Shown here: positions 37,565 through 49,912 of the stretch, one piece after another
Layout of the letters: every line of letters begins with the position of its first letter
Numbering within the stretch: position 1 is the first letter of the stretch
From: Perkinsus olseni
Lineage: Eukaryota
Assembly: GCA_013115125.1 (NCBI GenBank)
Contig: JABANN010000099.1
Location: forward strand, 1 to 64,000
Direction: 5' to 3'
DNA length: 64,000 nucleotides
Notes under the pieces: generated by a model
What the model was told of the DNA's origin: nothing
Databases searched by the model: none
The model's input: the letters and a program-made list of their open reading frames with translations, nothing else
Translations under genes and position numbers: made by a program

Positions 37565-38962
37565 TCACGCGCCCCTCTGCGATGGCCGCTCGGTGTGCCA
37601 GAAATTATTTCCCGCTTCTCGAACGAGATCCCAAAAGTCAGCATAGGCCCTCTCCCCACTCAAGTCCTTCGCCAAGTCGGTCATGCACTCGCCCCAGCAG
37701 CTCACTGCAGCGCCGATCACCAAATGCTCTCGGTCCTTCCCGATAAGACGACCGTTACGGCCAGGCGTCTGCGAGCCGCTCCTGAATGCGTCGAACTTGC
37801 CGATGGCCTGCACTGTCGGCTGGAACTTCGCGTCCAGGTAAAGCCTGCTCAAACACATGTTGATCGCCTTGAACCCCTGCGCGACCACGTCCTCCAGTAG
37901 AATCCGGCCGGCCATCTCGTAGGACTTCCACACCGTTACTATGTCGTTCTCTTCCACCCCGCCAACTAGAAGGGATTCTTCCCAACGCAGATTGTGGGTT
38001 TGTATATGACGCGGTCTGTAGTTCTTGAGCTTGGCTTCGAAGGCCCGATAGGCCCGACTGTTGGAGACCTCATCGCCTCCAAGATGCAGTCCCAAAGGCA
38101 ACTCGGTACGCAGCGGAGTAACAGGCAGGACGTCATCGAGCTCGGTGAGTACCGTAGAGAGCAGCTGCCACATAGATCCACTCTCGGGGTCGAGGTAGTC
38201 CTGAACGACGTGCTCAGGATGTGACATCTTCCACGCACCAGCGTGACCTGGAATGTCGAGCTCTATCATTATCACGACACCCATCGAGGCCGCCACTTTG
38301 GAAAGATCTTTCAACTCGTTTCTTGTGTAATATCCTCGAACTTTGCTTCCTCTGTTGCACGCCCCTCGACTCTGGTGAGCAAGCTCTGGCGCGTCGTCCA
38401 GCTCGATCCCGAAGCATTGATTATCGGTGATGTGCAAGTGGATGACATTAAGGCCCGCTTCCTTCGAGGCGAATTCGAGTATACGCATGAGCTCAGTGAC
38501 GGAGAGGAAGACATGTGATATGTCGAGGAGCAGCCCTCTGTACGGTAGTGCCCGCGGGGCTGGCGTCTTCCGAACGAACTCTGGTGCGGCACCACAGGCG
38601 GCGTCCAGGGCTCGCAAGGCCCCTTGAAAGCCCTTGGCGATGATGTTCGCGTCTCGGCCAGCCGCTCTGGTGACCTCGAACTCTTCGTTAGAAGTATTGA
38701 ATGGTTGGCTAGGGGACTTCAACGTGATAGCGAAACGTGGAAGTGGAGGGTCGAGTCTTTCCGAGCAGCTTCTATTGTATCGACGCCAGAGCAAATCCGC
38801 TTGATCAGCCGTGCATACTTCGCACACGGGTCCGAACTGGGCCACATTGTCAGCTATTCTCAGCGAGTTCTTATTAAAGTGAGCCAAGAACACTACGCTC
38901 CACAGTACAGAGCCGATGAGGACGGCGAGAATCAGAGCTCGAATCCGTCCGAGTTTTGACAT
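37565..38962 (-). CDS. Beta-N-acetylhexosaminidase (GH20), intronless, with N-terminal membrane anchor
   Basis: YRGLLLDISH, NVIHLHITDNQ, IELDIPGH and catalytic LHLGGDEV; probable start MSKLGRIRALILAVLIG. Confidence 0.93.
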   Translation of the reverse strand: MSKLGRIRALILAVLIGSVLWSVVFLAHFNKNSLRIADNVAQFGPVCEVCTADQADLLWRRYNRSCSERLDPPLPRFAITLKSPSQPFNTSNEEFEVTRAAGRDANIIAKGFQGALRALDAACGAAPEFVRKTPAPRALPYRGLLLDISHVFLSVTELMRILEFASKEAGLNVIHLHITDNQCFGIELDDAPELAHQSRGACNRGSKVRGYYTRNELKDLSKVAASMGVVIMIELDIPGHAGAWKMSHPEHVVQDYLDPESGSMWQLLSTVLTELDDVLPVTPLRTELPLGLHLGGDEVSNSRAYRAFEAKLKNYRPRHIQTHNLRWEESLLVGGVEENDIVTVWKSYEMAGRILLEDVVAQGFKAINMCLSRLYLDAKFQPTVQAIGKFDAFRSGSQTPGRNGRLIGKDREHLVIGAAVSCWGECMTDLAKDLSGERAYADFWDLVREAGNNFWHTERPSQRGA

Positions 38963-39347
38963 AACCGGAACCCTGCAGTGCCGAATTGACTTGTCTGTCT
39001 TGACGCAAATCAATACAGTCGATAAGAAAGTAAGTAACAGCATTATATCCACAAAGTCAGTGTACGTTTGAATGAGTTGTATGAATTTATGTTGCCATCG
39101 GTGCCTCGCGTTCGAGCAGGAACTCGGTCTGAGCGTAGTGCCGTGACATACCCAAGGCTTGCTGTCGCACCTAAGGAGACACGCAGGAAGCCTTTTCGAG
39201 GAATACCAACACGTCCAGCACCCGTTACCCTGATAACGAGCGCCGCTGCATGAGCACAACGGCCGTGGTGCCTCCTGGCATCGGAACAGGTACAAAGGCA
39301 ATGGACAACATTCCCCGTCGGCTCGTCTAACTGTACCTGATGTGAAG

Positions 39348-42300
39348 TCAGCGCGGTTGTGCGAATATTTCTTTGAGGATGAGTAGGTCGATGGAGAGAC
39401 TGCAGAAACTAACGGTAGCGAGATGTAATGCCCAAGTGACTTCCCCCACTTCAAAAGTATTGAACTCGCTAGTAGCCGCCCACACGCAGCCCTCCGCTAG
39501 CGGACGTAGCGTCTGAATCTTCCCAAAAGCCGCCTCCAGCGAGACGCCGAGCTTCCACCGATCAGCTGCAAAACGTATCCGCTTGGCGTTGGGCATCGGA
39601 ACCTGGAAAAGCGATGTGAAGGAGAACAATCTGATAGGAGGGAGGGGCCAATGGACTCGGATGCCGGTGGCCCATCGTTCGACACCACGTTGGGAAACCG
39701 GTGCATCACCTCAGCAATCTGCCGGAAGCTCTCTTTGTCAAGTCGGACTACTCTGCCATGCTCATCAACCCAGCTGAGCCATGCCCTCCAAGGCCCAGAG
39801 GCCTGCAGAGTGCTCCGATCGCCGATCACCACCACCTGGAATCCGATGCGAATCTCCAGACAGGTTGTCCAGCCTCACCCCATATCGAGCTCTCGTGAGC
39901 ATCACATTAACGCGGCGATAGTCGTTGAGGAAGCCTACCGCGTACTCAGGATTACTCCGAACCTGAAGGCCATGGGTCAGGTGACTGGCCAACTCGAGCT
40001 CCCGCTCACAGCCGAGAAGACGATCCAGCAGCGTTCGCTTCCTTGGAAGGCATCGACCGAGTCCACCGTCGGATCTGGACCGCTCGAGTTGGGACCCAGC
40101 TCACGGGACCTGAGCGTGGGCTACAAGAAGCACCCAGCTTGAGCGTACCCGTACCTCCTAGGATCCCTGTCAGCGTAAGCACCTTGGATGATGGTTCTAG
40201 GGAGGAGATGGAGCTGGCGCCTCAGGTACGTCCTCTGGGCTGCATACGGAGTGACCACGCCAACCTGAAGAGCCCGCTGTCAGCCACCGCAACCTCGGGG
40301 CAACCACAACTCACATCAGAATCCTTAGCACCCGCAGCAAGCAGGGATTCAACCGCAAGAGCGACAGCACCGGCCTCTTCGACGTTGTAGTAACTGTCAC
40401 AGCCCTTGTCAAAGGTCTCTCGAGTGGCACCTGTGCGAGCCGAGCTGCCTTCGTCACCTCAGCTGCCCTGATGCTCACCTCCAGTGTCTACGAAAACCAC
40501 GCGGCTGCCGCGATCAGAGACAACACGGTCGCGGAAGATATCCGGCAAGACAAGGGAAGGCCAAGACTTGGACTTCCAGCTCGGGTGACAGGTGAGCTGG
40601 TGGTCGTAGAAGTGCTGACTCGAGAAGGCAGCCACCTCTGGATGCATTCGGAACTGTTCACGCAGGAACTTGGGCTTCACTAATCTGAGGAGGAGTAGTC
40701 GTCAGCCTCGAAGCGGGTGGCTATTGGCAGGCAACGAGCTGGCCCATCACAGCGCATGCAGAGGACGGTTGAAAGCTCTGAATTCACGAGCAGGGTTAGT
40801 CATAGAAGGCCCCTTCTATGGAGAATGATTCAACAACAGACTGATGCTGCTTTGAACAGACGAAGATCGTCCAGAGGTTAAGAAGGGCCTACTCAGAAGC
40901 AAGTAGCTCGTCGAAGAGACTGAGCCCTCCACTAACCGACGATAGTTGCCGATCGTCACCGAGTAGTACGACTTGCTCAGCACCCTGAGAACCGTCGATG
41001 CCACAGAAGGTAGCATCACACCGAAAGCCATTTACCTGCATGATGGGCAGCAACGTCCCAGCTATGGTCAGCTGACTGGCCTCATCCACTACCACCCGAG
41101 GGAGCTTCCTACCAGGCACCAAGGCGGCACTGTAGACTGTTTCCACATACACAGTGCCGGAGAGGGTGCCATCTAAAGGTATCACGTCGCGCGCCACGAA
41201 ATTACTGTAACCAATCGTGCCTGTTTTCGGACGATACCGCCTCGGTCTGACTGCGTCCTCATACTCCTCATCATTCGTGTACACGGGTGGTGGCGTTACT
41301 AGGATACCCTGAGACTCGAGATGGGCGTGGAGCAACGCTCGAGCAGCGTGGGTTCCGGCACACACCATCACAGGCAACTCAGGGTTGGTTCTGAAATCAA
41401 GCGCGCTGGTTCCGACGACAATCAACCCCGGGTGATCTACCGGAGCCAGTGCTTGACAATGGCAACTACGGCGAACGTCTTTCCTGTTCCCGGGGGTCCT
41501 TGAATGAGCGTGAGGCGCGAAGACACGGCCGCTCGGACCGCCGATTGCTGTGACTCGGTGAGCCCTTCGAGGTCTGCAGATGCCGGCTGAGCGAAGCCGT
41601 GGTGGTGTGGTACGATAAACGGGCTCGCACGCGGCACCTCAGGTAGCCATTCCATCCGTTCCTCAGCCGCCTCTGTGTGGCCTTCGAGCAGCAATCGACG
41701 GATGAAGGGGGCCTGCCGGGTCCGATCATTACTGCTCAGAGCGAACACCGCTGACAGCTCCCGACTGCTAACCTGAATACAATGGCAAAGTCGAGAAGGG
41801 GTCGTCCGGACAACGCGGTGATGGACTGCAACAACCTTCCTCGTCCCTCATCGTGGACGGCTCACTTGAGGGATATTGGCGGTCACGGGCACGCAGTGCC
41901 AATCCACTTGTCCGTCGTCAAGCACTGCCTTAAAGGAAGTGGCTGCGGTAGGATGTGCCTTAGTATTCTCGTCATCCGGATTGGTGCCTAGCATCTCGGA
42001 CAAGGCTTCTGAGGAGGCTGGGAAGACCTACGAGGGAACCGAGCAGTTGGACAGATGCAGATCTCGGCGGCATACCCTGAGACGTATCTCTCCGAGGTTT
42101 CCATTTCGAGCGACTTTTGTTAGCTTGCCAAGCCATAGCTCGTCCGTCGGGAACTGAACTGGCTGCTGCGGGAGAGGTCTCCGGCCGAAGGTCCGACACT
42201 TGCACCTCAGCTGAGTAGTGCCTGGAAGCTCATGTCACTGACGCGGTAGCGACAAGAACGGCGCACCGTTGAGATGACTCTCGGCATTCACTCTGAGTTC

Positions 42301-43909
42301 GGACTGCTCGCACGCAGTGCAGTTGACGGTGATGGTCTGCTTCGCCAGTGGGGAGCTGGCGGATATCCGCAGACGGGGATAGGCGAAGTACTCTGCGCCG
42401 CCGTTGTAGGCCTCCAAGCACTGCAGAGAAGCGGGAGTAGGAGGAGTACCGGGGCGAACGTAGGGGCTATCCAGCGGACTCTAGGGTTCAACCATCGCCG
42501 GCCTGTTACTCAGATTAACTTGGCTGCAGACATTCCATCTCGCGTGGGTCGACTGAATTCAGGCGCCTTCCCGTTCGATGGTGGGCCTACCGAGTCGAGG
42601 AAGTTGAGCGTGGTGAGCTGATCAGGATGTGCCCGGCCTATGAGGAATACATCCCCTCGAGCATAACTCCACAAACGACTGTCGTCTAGGTAATGAGAGG
42701 AGCTGTACCGCCCCTGACCGATGTCTAGGAGAAAGCGGACCTCAGAGGTAGAGCTGAGGACGTCGCGGAGAACAACCTGAACATCAATTACAATTGTCAA
42801 GCTGTGGTCACGCTAGTCGACCGAACACCAGTATAGCTGGGTCGCGAAATCTGCTCGAAGTGAAAAGAGAGAGCTCACTGCCGCCCGCAGTTACGTTAAT
42901 TTTCAGCTCACGCTTGAAGTTGATGTAAGCATCGGCGATAGCGTCCGCTTGTTCCCGAATGATGGCTACTGACTGGCTGTGGAAGAAGCTGAGAGGGAAA
43001 GCGCCTTGAGGATGGCCTTAGCACGGGAGGGGATAACCACTCAGCCTGGGTGTCGAAAGCACGGCCGCAACGATACCGGAAATGAGCTTACGCTGCGGCT
43101 CTGGCATCTCCGCCGAAACTACTTTCGGAAAGACTGAGGTACTGAACGACGTGGTCCATCATAATCCGTGACAATCGTGGTTGGAGGCAGCATATTTGCA
43201 GGAAGTAGCAGAAGGCAAGTGGGGACAGACTTGGGGGCTCGGGACTCTTCTTACCAACCGGAGCTGAACGACCGACAACAGACGCTACATGAGCAACGAG
43301 CAATATCATTTCAGACCGCCACCGGAACGAAAAACGGGTGGCACTGGCACCAGCAGTATCCCTTTCTCACCCAGCATCGTGGCGGCGACATGCTCGGGAT
43401 CGTATTGGTCATTGGGAGGGGTTTCTTTATTCAGCTGAGACATCCGCCGTTTGAGGCAGCTCAGCCACTATAGACAAGTTTGCCCGTTACACCAACCACC
43501 AAACTCCTCCCGCCTACTCTACGATCAGCCTCCCGATTCTCCAGGCCAAGGTCACGGACCCTGGCTAGCATCTCATTCACGCCTCTACCCTCGAAGACAG
43601 CCTCATTGTCCTCCTTCTGCCGAGTGCCTCGCCGGAGAGACCGCCGGACAGCGCGATCCAGTAGCTGCGAGACGCTGGTCGTGGCAACCCATGCAGGAAG
43701 AGCTCTGATTGAGGAATTACTCCCGGGAGGGTTCGGGGCACTACGGTCACTTACTTAATAGTCTCCCCACATATCCGAGTGAGTCCAGCGTCCTCTTCCT
43801 CGGTCCAAGAGCCACTAGAGCAGCATCGCCGTGCTGAGTGCCAAAGAGAAGCGGGAGACACTACACGGCTGTACTGTGGGCTCAGCAAGAGGCGCTTGCA
43901 AAGGGCCAT
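39348..43909 (-). CDS. UPF1/DNA2-NAM7-like superfamily 1 helicase with transit-peptide-like N-terminus
   Basis: LTESQQSAV, LIQGPPGTGKT, VVVDEASQ, LLGDDRQL, QFRMHPEV, VVTPYAAQ, VDAFQGSE, FLNDYRRVNVMLTRAR. Both ends are approximate. Confidence 0.9.
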
Positions 43910-44051
43910 TTAATTATTGAATAACAAAACAAGAGGCATGCTGAGAGACATCTCTCCTGTGCGGTGGTATCTTAGGTGGCTCCCTGACCAACTCAGATGA
44001 ACACAACCAGAGAGGAGGCCACAGAAACTGTACCACTCAGTGACATGAATT

Positions 44052-44973
44052 CTAGTCCACGAACCAGATTCTGGGAGCCCTGCAGTTCTCTATCTTCCCT
44101 CGGTACGCATTCTTATGATCATCATAGCCGGCGATACCTATTTTAGGGAACTGTACTTGGCCATCCTTCCACACCTGAGGCGAGAGAAAGACACTACTAC
44201 TACTGCAGATGAGCTGATGTTCTGGTCTGAGTGAAACGTAGCACCACTCTACAGCTATCAGGAGTATATCAAAAGATGGTATGAAGGCCATCATTGACCA
44301 GGTACTTTGCACTAGAAGCCTATATATCGCAATGGAAATCTCGACTATAGTCATTGTTCAGCCGGCTAAGTGAAGAGCCTGTTAGGAGACCCTTTTGGCG
44401 GTTACTGCCACAAGCCTTGGTACAAGCAGGTTATAGTAAAATCACGTGCCTTACCATTCGTCCCCGCCTGATGGCTGTCTTGTACTTGCGACGGACATTC
44501 AGACGATTGTAGAAGCGCCAGATGACGGACTTTGATAAGTGTATCTTCCATCGCTGCTGACCACACGGCAACAGGCCAACCGACGACGATCCCCGCACTG
44601 CTGGCTGTCGTACAAGATTCAAGAATAAAAGCATTGAAGTCAAGCTATGACTAACTACTGGAAAGCAGGATCCCACCGTAAGATCGAGCCGGGGACGCAC
44701 GCCTCCTCGCGAGTCGCAATGGTAAAACGGCAAGCGCTGAATCTCCTGGAAGTGTCGTGTAGAAAAGGATCCACGCTCAGCGCTTGACATCGTGAGCTTG
44801 CACGCAACAGCTCCTATCTGATGTGAAGTCAACGTGTGGATACTGTGGGAACGCAAGAGCGCCAACCGAACGGAGAAGCGACGACCTTAACGTGGTATCA
44901 GCAGATGGTAATGCCAACGGCGTGATGGATAAGTCATGTACTCGAGTAGACTAGCAGCAAGGTTAGACAGCAT
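44052..44973 (-). CDS. Small, very basic hypothetical multi-exon protein
   Basis: Exon-like segments FQEIQRLPFYHCDSRGGVRPRLDLT, RWKIHLSKSVIWRFYNRLNVRRKYKTAIRRGRM and VWKDGQVQFPKIGIAGYDDHKNAYRG are bounded by GT/AG. No family recognised. Confidence 0.45.
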
Positions 44974-45584
44974 TGTACGATGGGCGGCCTTCCGGACATC
45001 CCAACTGCCGCGGCAGGGCGGATTAGTCACTCCCCTGCGTTGCGTAGCTTGGCGTGGCAAGGTTACACCTTTACTTGCCGTACACTGACACGAGCCACCA
45101 AGATGAGACACCTTGAGCCAGTGAATACTTAGTACTGCGCTCTAGTACGGTTCGAGACTTGTATTGGAGGACGATCGTGGTGAGCAGGACGACATTAGTC
45201 CACTACTTTTCCACTTTGGACCCTCACCTGTGACAATGGCCAGTAGCTAGTGAGGCCCACTAAAAAAACAGCGAAGAAACAGCCAGTGAGCATGTGTGAG
45301 ACGTGACCTATTTACTCGCTTGCCTTTCCTTGACTGGAAGCTGAATTATGCGCTGCTTACCACGAGCATGCCAATTTCGTCCAGAGCCGCAGGCCGAGGC
45401 GCAAAATGAGCTCTTGTGCACGCGTGCTAGAAGATTTCGCGCGCGCCCGGGATCTCTTGGATGCCAGCAACGAAAGTCCGGTGGTGGGTTAATGGAGGTT
45501 ATCTTGATGGTGATGTCATTTCGGATAGCGACTGTCCGAGCATTCCTCGAACAAGCAAAAGTTAGTTTATTACCACGTTGTGAA
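44974..45584. promoter_or_regulatory. Candidate bidirectional promoter (divergent strand switch)
   Basis: Lies between head-to-head gene blocks and contains GCACGCGTGC and ATTTCGCGCGCGCCCGGG at ~45418-45451. Confidence 0.4.
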
Positions 45585-46555
45585 ATGAACCGGATATTCG
45601 GCGTTGGAAAGAAGAAGGAGGCCCCTCCGGCTCCGACGGGGCCGTCCCTGGCGGAGACTAGTGAGCATCTGGACAGTCGAGTAGAACTATTAGACAAGAA
45701 AATAAAACAATGCGATGAGGAACTGATCAAGTAAAGACAACAGCATGGCCTTTGTCTGTGTGGAAAGGAAGGCAGGTACAAGCAGCAGATGGCTACTCGG
45801 TCCGGGGCGGCTGGGGCCAAGCAACGAGCATTGGCAGTGCTTAAGAGGAAGAAGATGTATGAGGCTCAGAGGGATCAAATGATGAACACACAGTTCAACG
45901 TGGACCAGGTGAGAGGCTGTAGGGCCGCTCGGGCGGTGATCTCCTCCGTGCTCAGGCCGCTTTCACCCAGGAGCAGATCCAGACTAACATCAACGTGGTG
46001 GAGTCCATAAAGGTAGCCAATCACGCTATGAAGTCCCAGATGAACGAGTTGAATATCGATCACGTTGAGGACGTCGTAGATGACATGGCGGTAAGCTGCT
46101 GGGGCTTGAGGGGGCATGGCGGAGCTCACGTTGTTCTAGGACCTGATGATGGACCAGGATGAGATCAATGACATTCTCGGGAGAAGTTATAATCTACCCG
46201 AGGGTTGCGATGATGCCTCCTTGGAAGCGGAGTTCTCTATGCTGGAAGAGGAAGTTGCTATGGACAAGGAGAATGAGCTTCGGACGGTAGTGACTGAGGG
46301 GAATGCTTCAATCAGGGATCATCGTCGCGCTCACTCCAGGGACCATCAGCTCCGACGTACTTGCCGACCGCGCTGCCTGGAGGGGAGCAACAGCCGTCCG
46401 CTGCCGCCGAAGGCTCAGCATCTCACTCAACAGCGCCGGTAAAATTGCCTACTGGCTTCCGTCGCAGCGAGTATCCTTTCTATAGGTTGCCCTGGGGTCG
46501 ACTAACAAGCCCCAATAAGGCTAAGATAACGGCCTTTTGTAGCAGCCCCGCCTGA
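45585..46555 (+). CDS. VPS60: ESCRT-III subunit VPS60/CHMP5 (Snf7 family)
   Basis: MNRIFG..K...LDKKIKQCDEELIKYKQQM..KQRALAVLKRKKMYEAQRDQM..QFNVDQ; EINDILGRSY. The 3' end is approximate. Confidence 0.93.
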
Positions 46556-46745
46556 GCGCGGTGAACTCATAGACTGTCGTGGCTCTAATTCAAACTGTAG
46601 TTTTGCTGTCGGCATCTAAGCTAGCCCTTTGTTATATTTCATCCTTTGTTTGTGGCTGGATGAGTCGGGTTCTAGTGGGCCATGGCCGAATGGCGATGGG
46701 ACTTTCCGTTTTTCAGTTTTTCATTTTGCGGTAGACTCTTTCAAC

Positions 46746-47830
46746 ATGGTAGGCGATTCGACTAAATGACACATTAGCCAATTTATGGATATCTTTCTCA
46801 GTCGGGCAACATTATGGAGTATAACGGCGGTAGCGTGATAGCCATGAAGGGTGAAGGCTGCGTCGGAATCGTAGGATATGCGGCCTGATGCCTCACGCGC
46901 CACGAAATTGCTGTACCAGGCCTGTGATCGAAGATATGGTGTGAACCAGCTGCAAACGGTCTCGGCTAATATGCAGAAGGTCTACCCGATGACCTCCCGA
47001 TGTTTGGTCGGATTCCAAGGCCTCGCGACCGACTCCCAAACACTGTAATTCGGGGTGGCATGGAAGGAGCAGTTGCCCTTTGGTGATGGTTGTTGCTGCT
47101 GCAGATCCCAGCTGCTGAAGTTCCGCCTGAAGTTGTACAAGTTGAAGGAGGATCGTGAGATGCCGTGTGACGTTGTGAGTCACTTGATGGCCACGATGCT
47201 CTATGAGAAGCGGTAGTCCCCCCCTTCCTCCTCCCTGCTGGATGGACGCGCCGTTACCTCCATCAGGTTCGGGCCTTACTTCTGTGAGCCTGTTATTGCC
47301 GGCCTCAAGAATGATGGCGAGCCCTTCATTTCTTCGTTCGATCTCATTGGTGAGTACCGCTTCTGTCTTATCCTCGTGAGAGGGAGATGTCCTTACGGTC
47401 GATCCTCCCATGATGCGCCTTGCCGAACGTCAACTGTGTCATATCTCTATATAGACGGATGTTTTACTCTGTTCGCTCTGCTTTATCAGGTACCGAGTCG
47501 ACCGCCCCTGACTTCATCGTCTCCGGTACGGCCACTGAGCAGCTCATGGGTGTTGCCGAGAGCTTCTGGAGGGAAGGCATGGGCCCGGACGAACTTGCTG
47601 AGGTAGTTGTGGCAACCGCAATACGATAATCGCTCTCTACGCCATCCTTCCAGGTACTTGGTCAATCTCTGTTGTCGGGTATCGATCGTGACTGCCTCTC
47701 TGGATGGGGTGGTGTTGTCTACATACTCACCGACAAGGAGGTAGGATGGGCTGTGGTTGTAGGTAGTGATGTATGACCTCTCTTCCGCTGGCAGTTGATC
47801 ACTAAGACACTGAAGGGGAGAATGGACTGA
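46746..47830 (+). CDS. PSMB3: 20S proteasome subunit beta type-3
   Basis: Spliced: [31 protein letters not shown]...GLATDSQTL...YEKRFGPYFCEPVIAGL...DRDCLSGWG...TLKGRMD*. Confidence 0.96.
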
Positions 47831-48071
47831 AGATCGTAGCGAGAGAAGCGGGAGTTCGGATCCTCAGTACTACACCAAATAAAAGTGATGATTAGTTTCG
47901 CCTAAGAGTTCCCGGCTTGTGTTCCTCTCTTATCATCATCAATGACGCTCGCTGTGAGGTTGCTCAGTGAGGCGGAGCGAAGCAGCAGTGATTGCAGTCG
48001 CATCGGGCATTGCGAGTGGTGGGGGTGGGTCGGAATTGATCTCGACTGTAGCTCCTTAAGCACCTCCCTCT

Positions 48072-49521
48072 ATGACTGTCATCCCGTCAAACACCGAGGC
48101 CGGCAAGAAGCGACCAGCTGACGATATCGCCGAGGCGGAAGGGGAGGAGGACCAGCGCCGTTACGGTGATGCCAGCTACTGGGAGGAGCGTTATAAGGCC
48201 AAGAAACAGAAGCTCAACGAGGAAGAGAAGGAAGAGGACAAGGCTGGTGCGTAGTGAATGGGGCTCCCGGCTCATTGATGGTGTTGGATCAACTGGTGGT
48301 CTTCAGAGAAGAAGACAACCACTGAAGATGATGACGATGATGCCGATTCGACTGATGAGTGGCACTTCAGCTTCGAGGCCATGAAGGAGCTGCTACCCGA
48401 AAAGAAAGACATCACCGTCGTGGATGTCGGTTGTGGAGTAGGTCCGGCTCGCCAGTCCATCGATATTTACTCAGCTCAGTGTGAACGGTACTTCACTTGT
48501 GGTTCATCGTCGCCAACCCTAGCTGTTACCAAATCTAGTGGAGCCCCCTTCTCTGTCAGGTTTCCTCCTTCCTCCCCTCCATGCGTGAGGCTGGCTACAC
48601 TGGTCGCCTTGTTGGCCTCGATTACTCCCCCAGTGCTATTGATATGTGCAAAGAGCAGTTCAAGGAGGTGGAGTACCACAATAAAGAGGCTGCTGAGATG
48701 TGCCCTGAGATCGTTAAGCCTGGTAGTATCTCACCGTTTCATAAGATACTCTTGTTTGCTAGGTTGACGTGTCTTGTTTAGGAGAGGTGGATATGTTCCT
48801 CGATAAGGCGACCATCGACGGTCTACTTGCTGATGAGTCCGGTGCCGAGCATGTTAAGAAGCTGTGCAAGGCCGAGGGCCAAGCCATGAAGGTTGGAGGC
48901 CAGCTCATCTGGAGTACTATGTTCGGGCCATTTGAGGAGTCTGGCGTGAAGGTGAAGGCTGTCTTGAATCACGTACTTTTTCATGTTTTATTGCAGGTCT
49001 TGAAGGAGACTATTCTACCAGGCTTGCTTTCGGGATCCGAAAACGCTTCTTTCAAGATCTACTGTCACGTCCTTGACGATGGCACTGATGACATCGAGTT
49101 GCCTGGGCTTGAGGGCGATGAAGATGGCGATGAGGGAGAGGAGGACTCGGCCGAGAAGGCGATAGAGCACGACGAGAACAAAACCGCTGAGAGTGAGCAA
49201 GGTCCTCTCTGTGGCACATGTCGCGAGTGTGTAGCAGGTACGGCCGCCCCCGCAGAGGAAGGTGAGAAGGTCGAGGTAGAGGAGGGCGACGAGATCGACA
49301 TGGCGGAACTCGGTGACATCAACGAGATGATCATGCAGGCGCTGGCTGAGAACGAGACTCTTGCGGTGTGGATCATCGAGAAAATTAACAAACCCGCTGA
49401 TGCTCCCAAGGACGCCAATGAGCTCATCGAGAAGATTGTGGAGGATATTGAAGTCGATGTCCATGATGGTGATGATGACGAGGAAGAAGGGGAAGAGGGA
49501 GACGGGAAGAAGGATGAGTAA
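48072..49521 (+). CDS. Class I SAM-dependent methyltransferase (EEF1AKMT4/METTL13 N-terminal-like) with acidic tail
   Basis: YGDASYWEERY, DEWH, VVDVGCG, GLDYSPSAI, FLDKATIDGLL. Confidence 0.87.
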
Positions 49522-49912
49522 ATACAGACTGGTCTGCTAATCTACAAACAGCCTATTCTCACGTTTCTTTCTACTACGTAAGTCTAGCAGTGTTGTGTTG
49601 CATTGTGTCATCTAGCGGTACTCAATAATCTCACTTCTTGCCTTAGTGCGAAGGGGTGGATGATGATTGAGCGGCGGCCACAGGCGTTGTTGCAGCTTGC
49701 CCGTACTACAGCTCTTGGTGTTACCGGCGCTTTGAAGACAGAGGCTGATCTGGCATCCTCACTGAGCGGGGTCGCCGGGTACCATCCAGAGCGGTAACTG
49801 ATGACCATGCACTCCTAGGGCCCATCTAAGAATTTCTAAGCCTCTGTCCTATGCTGTTGCTACTCACTTTCGTAGTTTTTGTTGTCCTGTGTGGCCCCTT
49901 TCCTTTGTTGTC

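Noticed and set aside
38963..39454. N-terminal ~165 aa of the 629-aa GH20 ORF
   Set aside because: It begins at a non-ATG codon, overlaps the helicase 3' end and looks non-coding. A membrane-anchor start exists at 38962 (or 39043).
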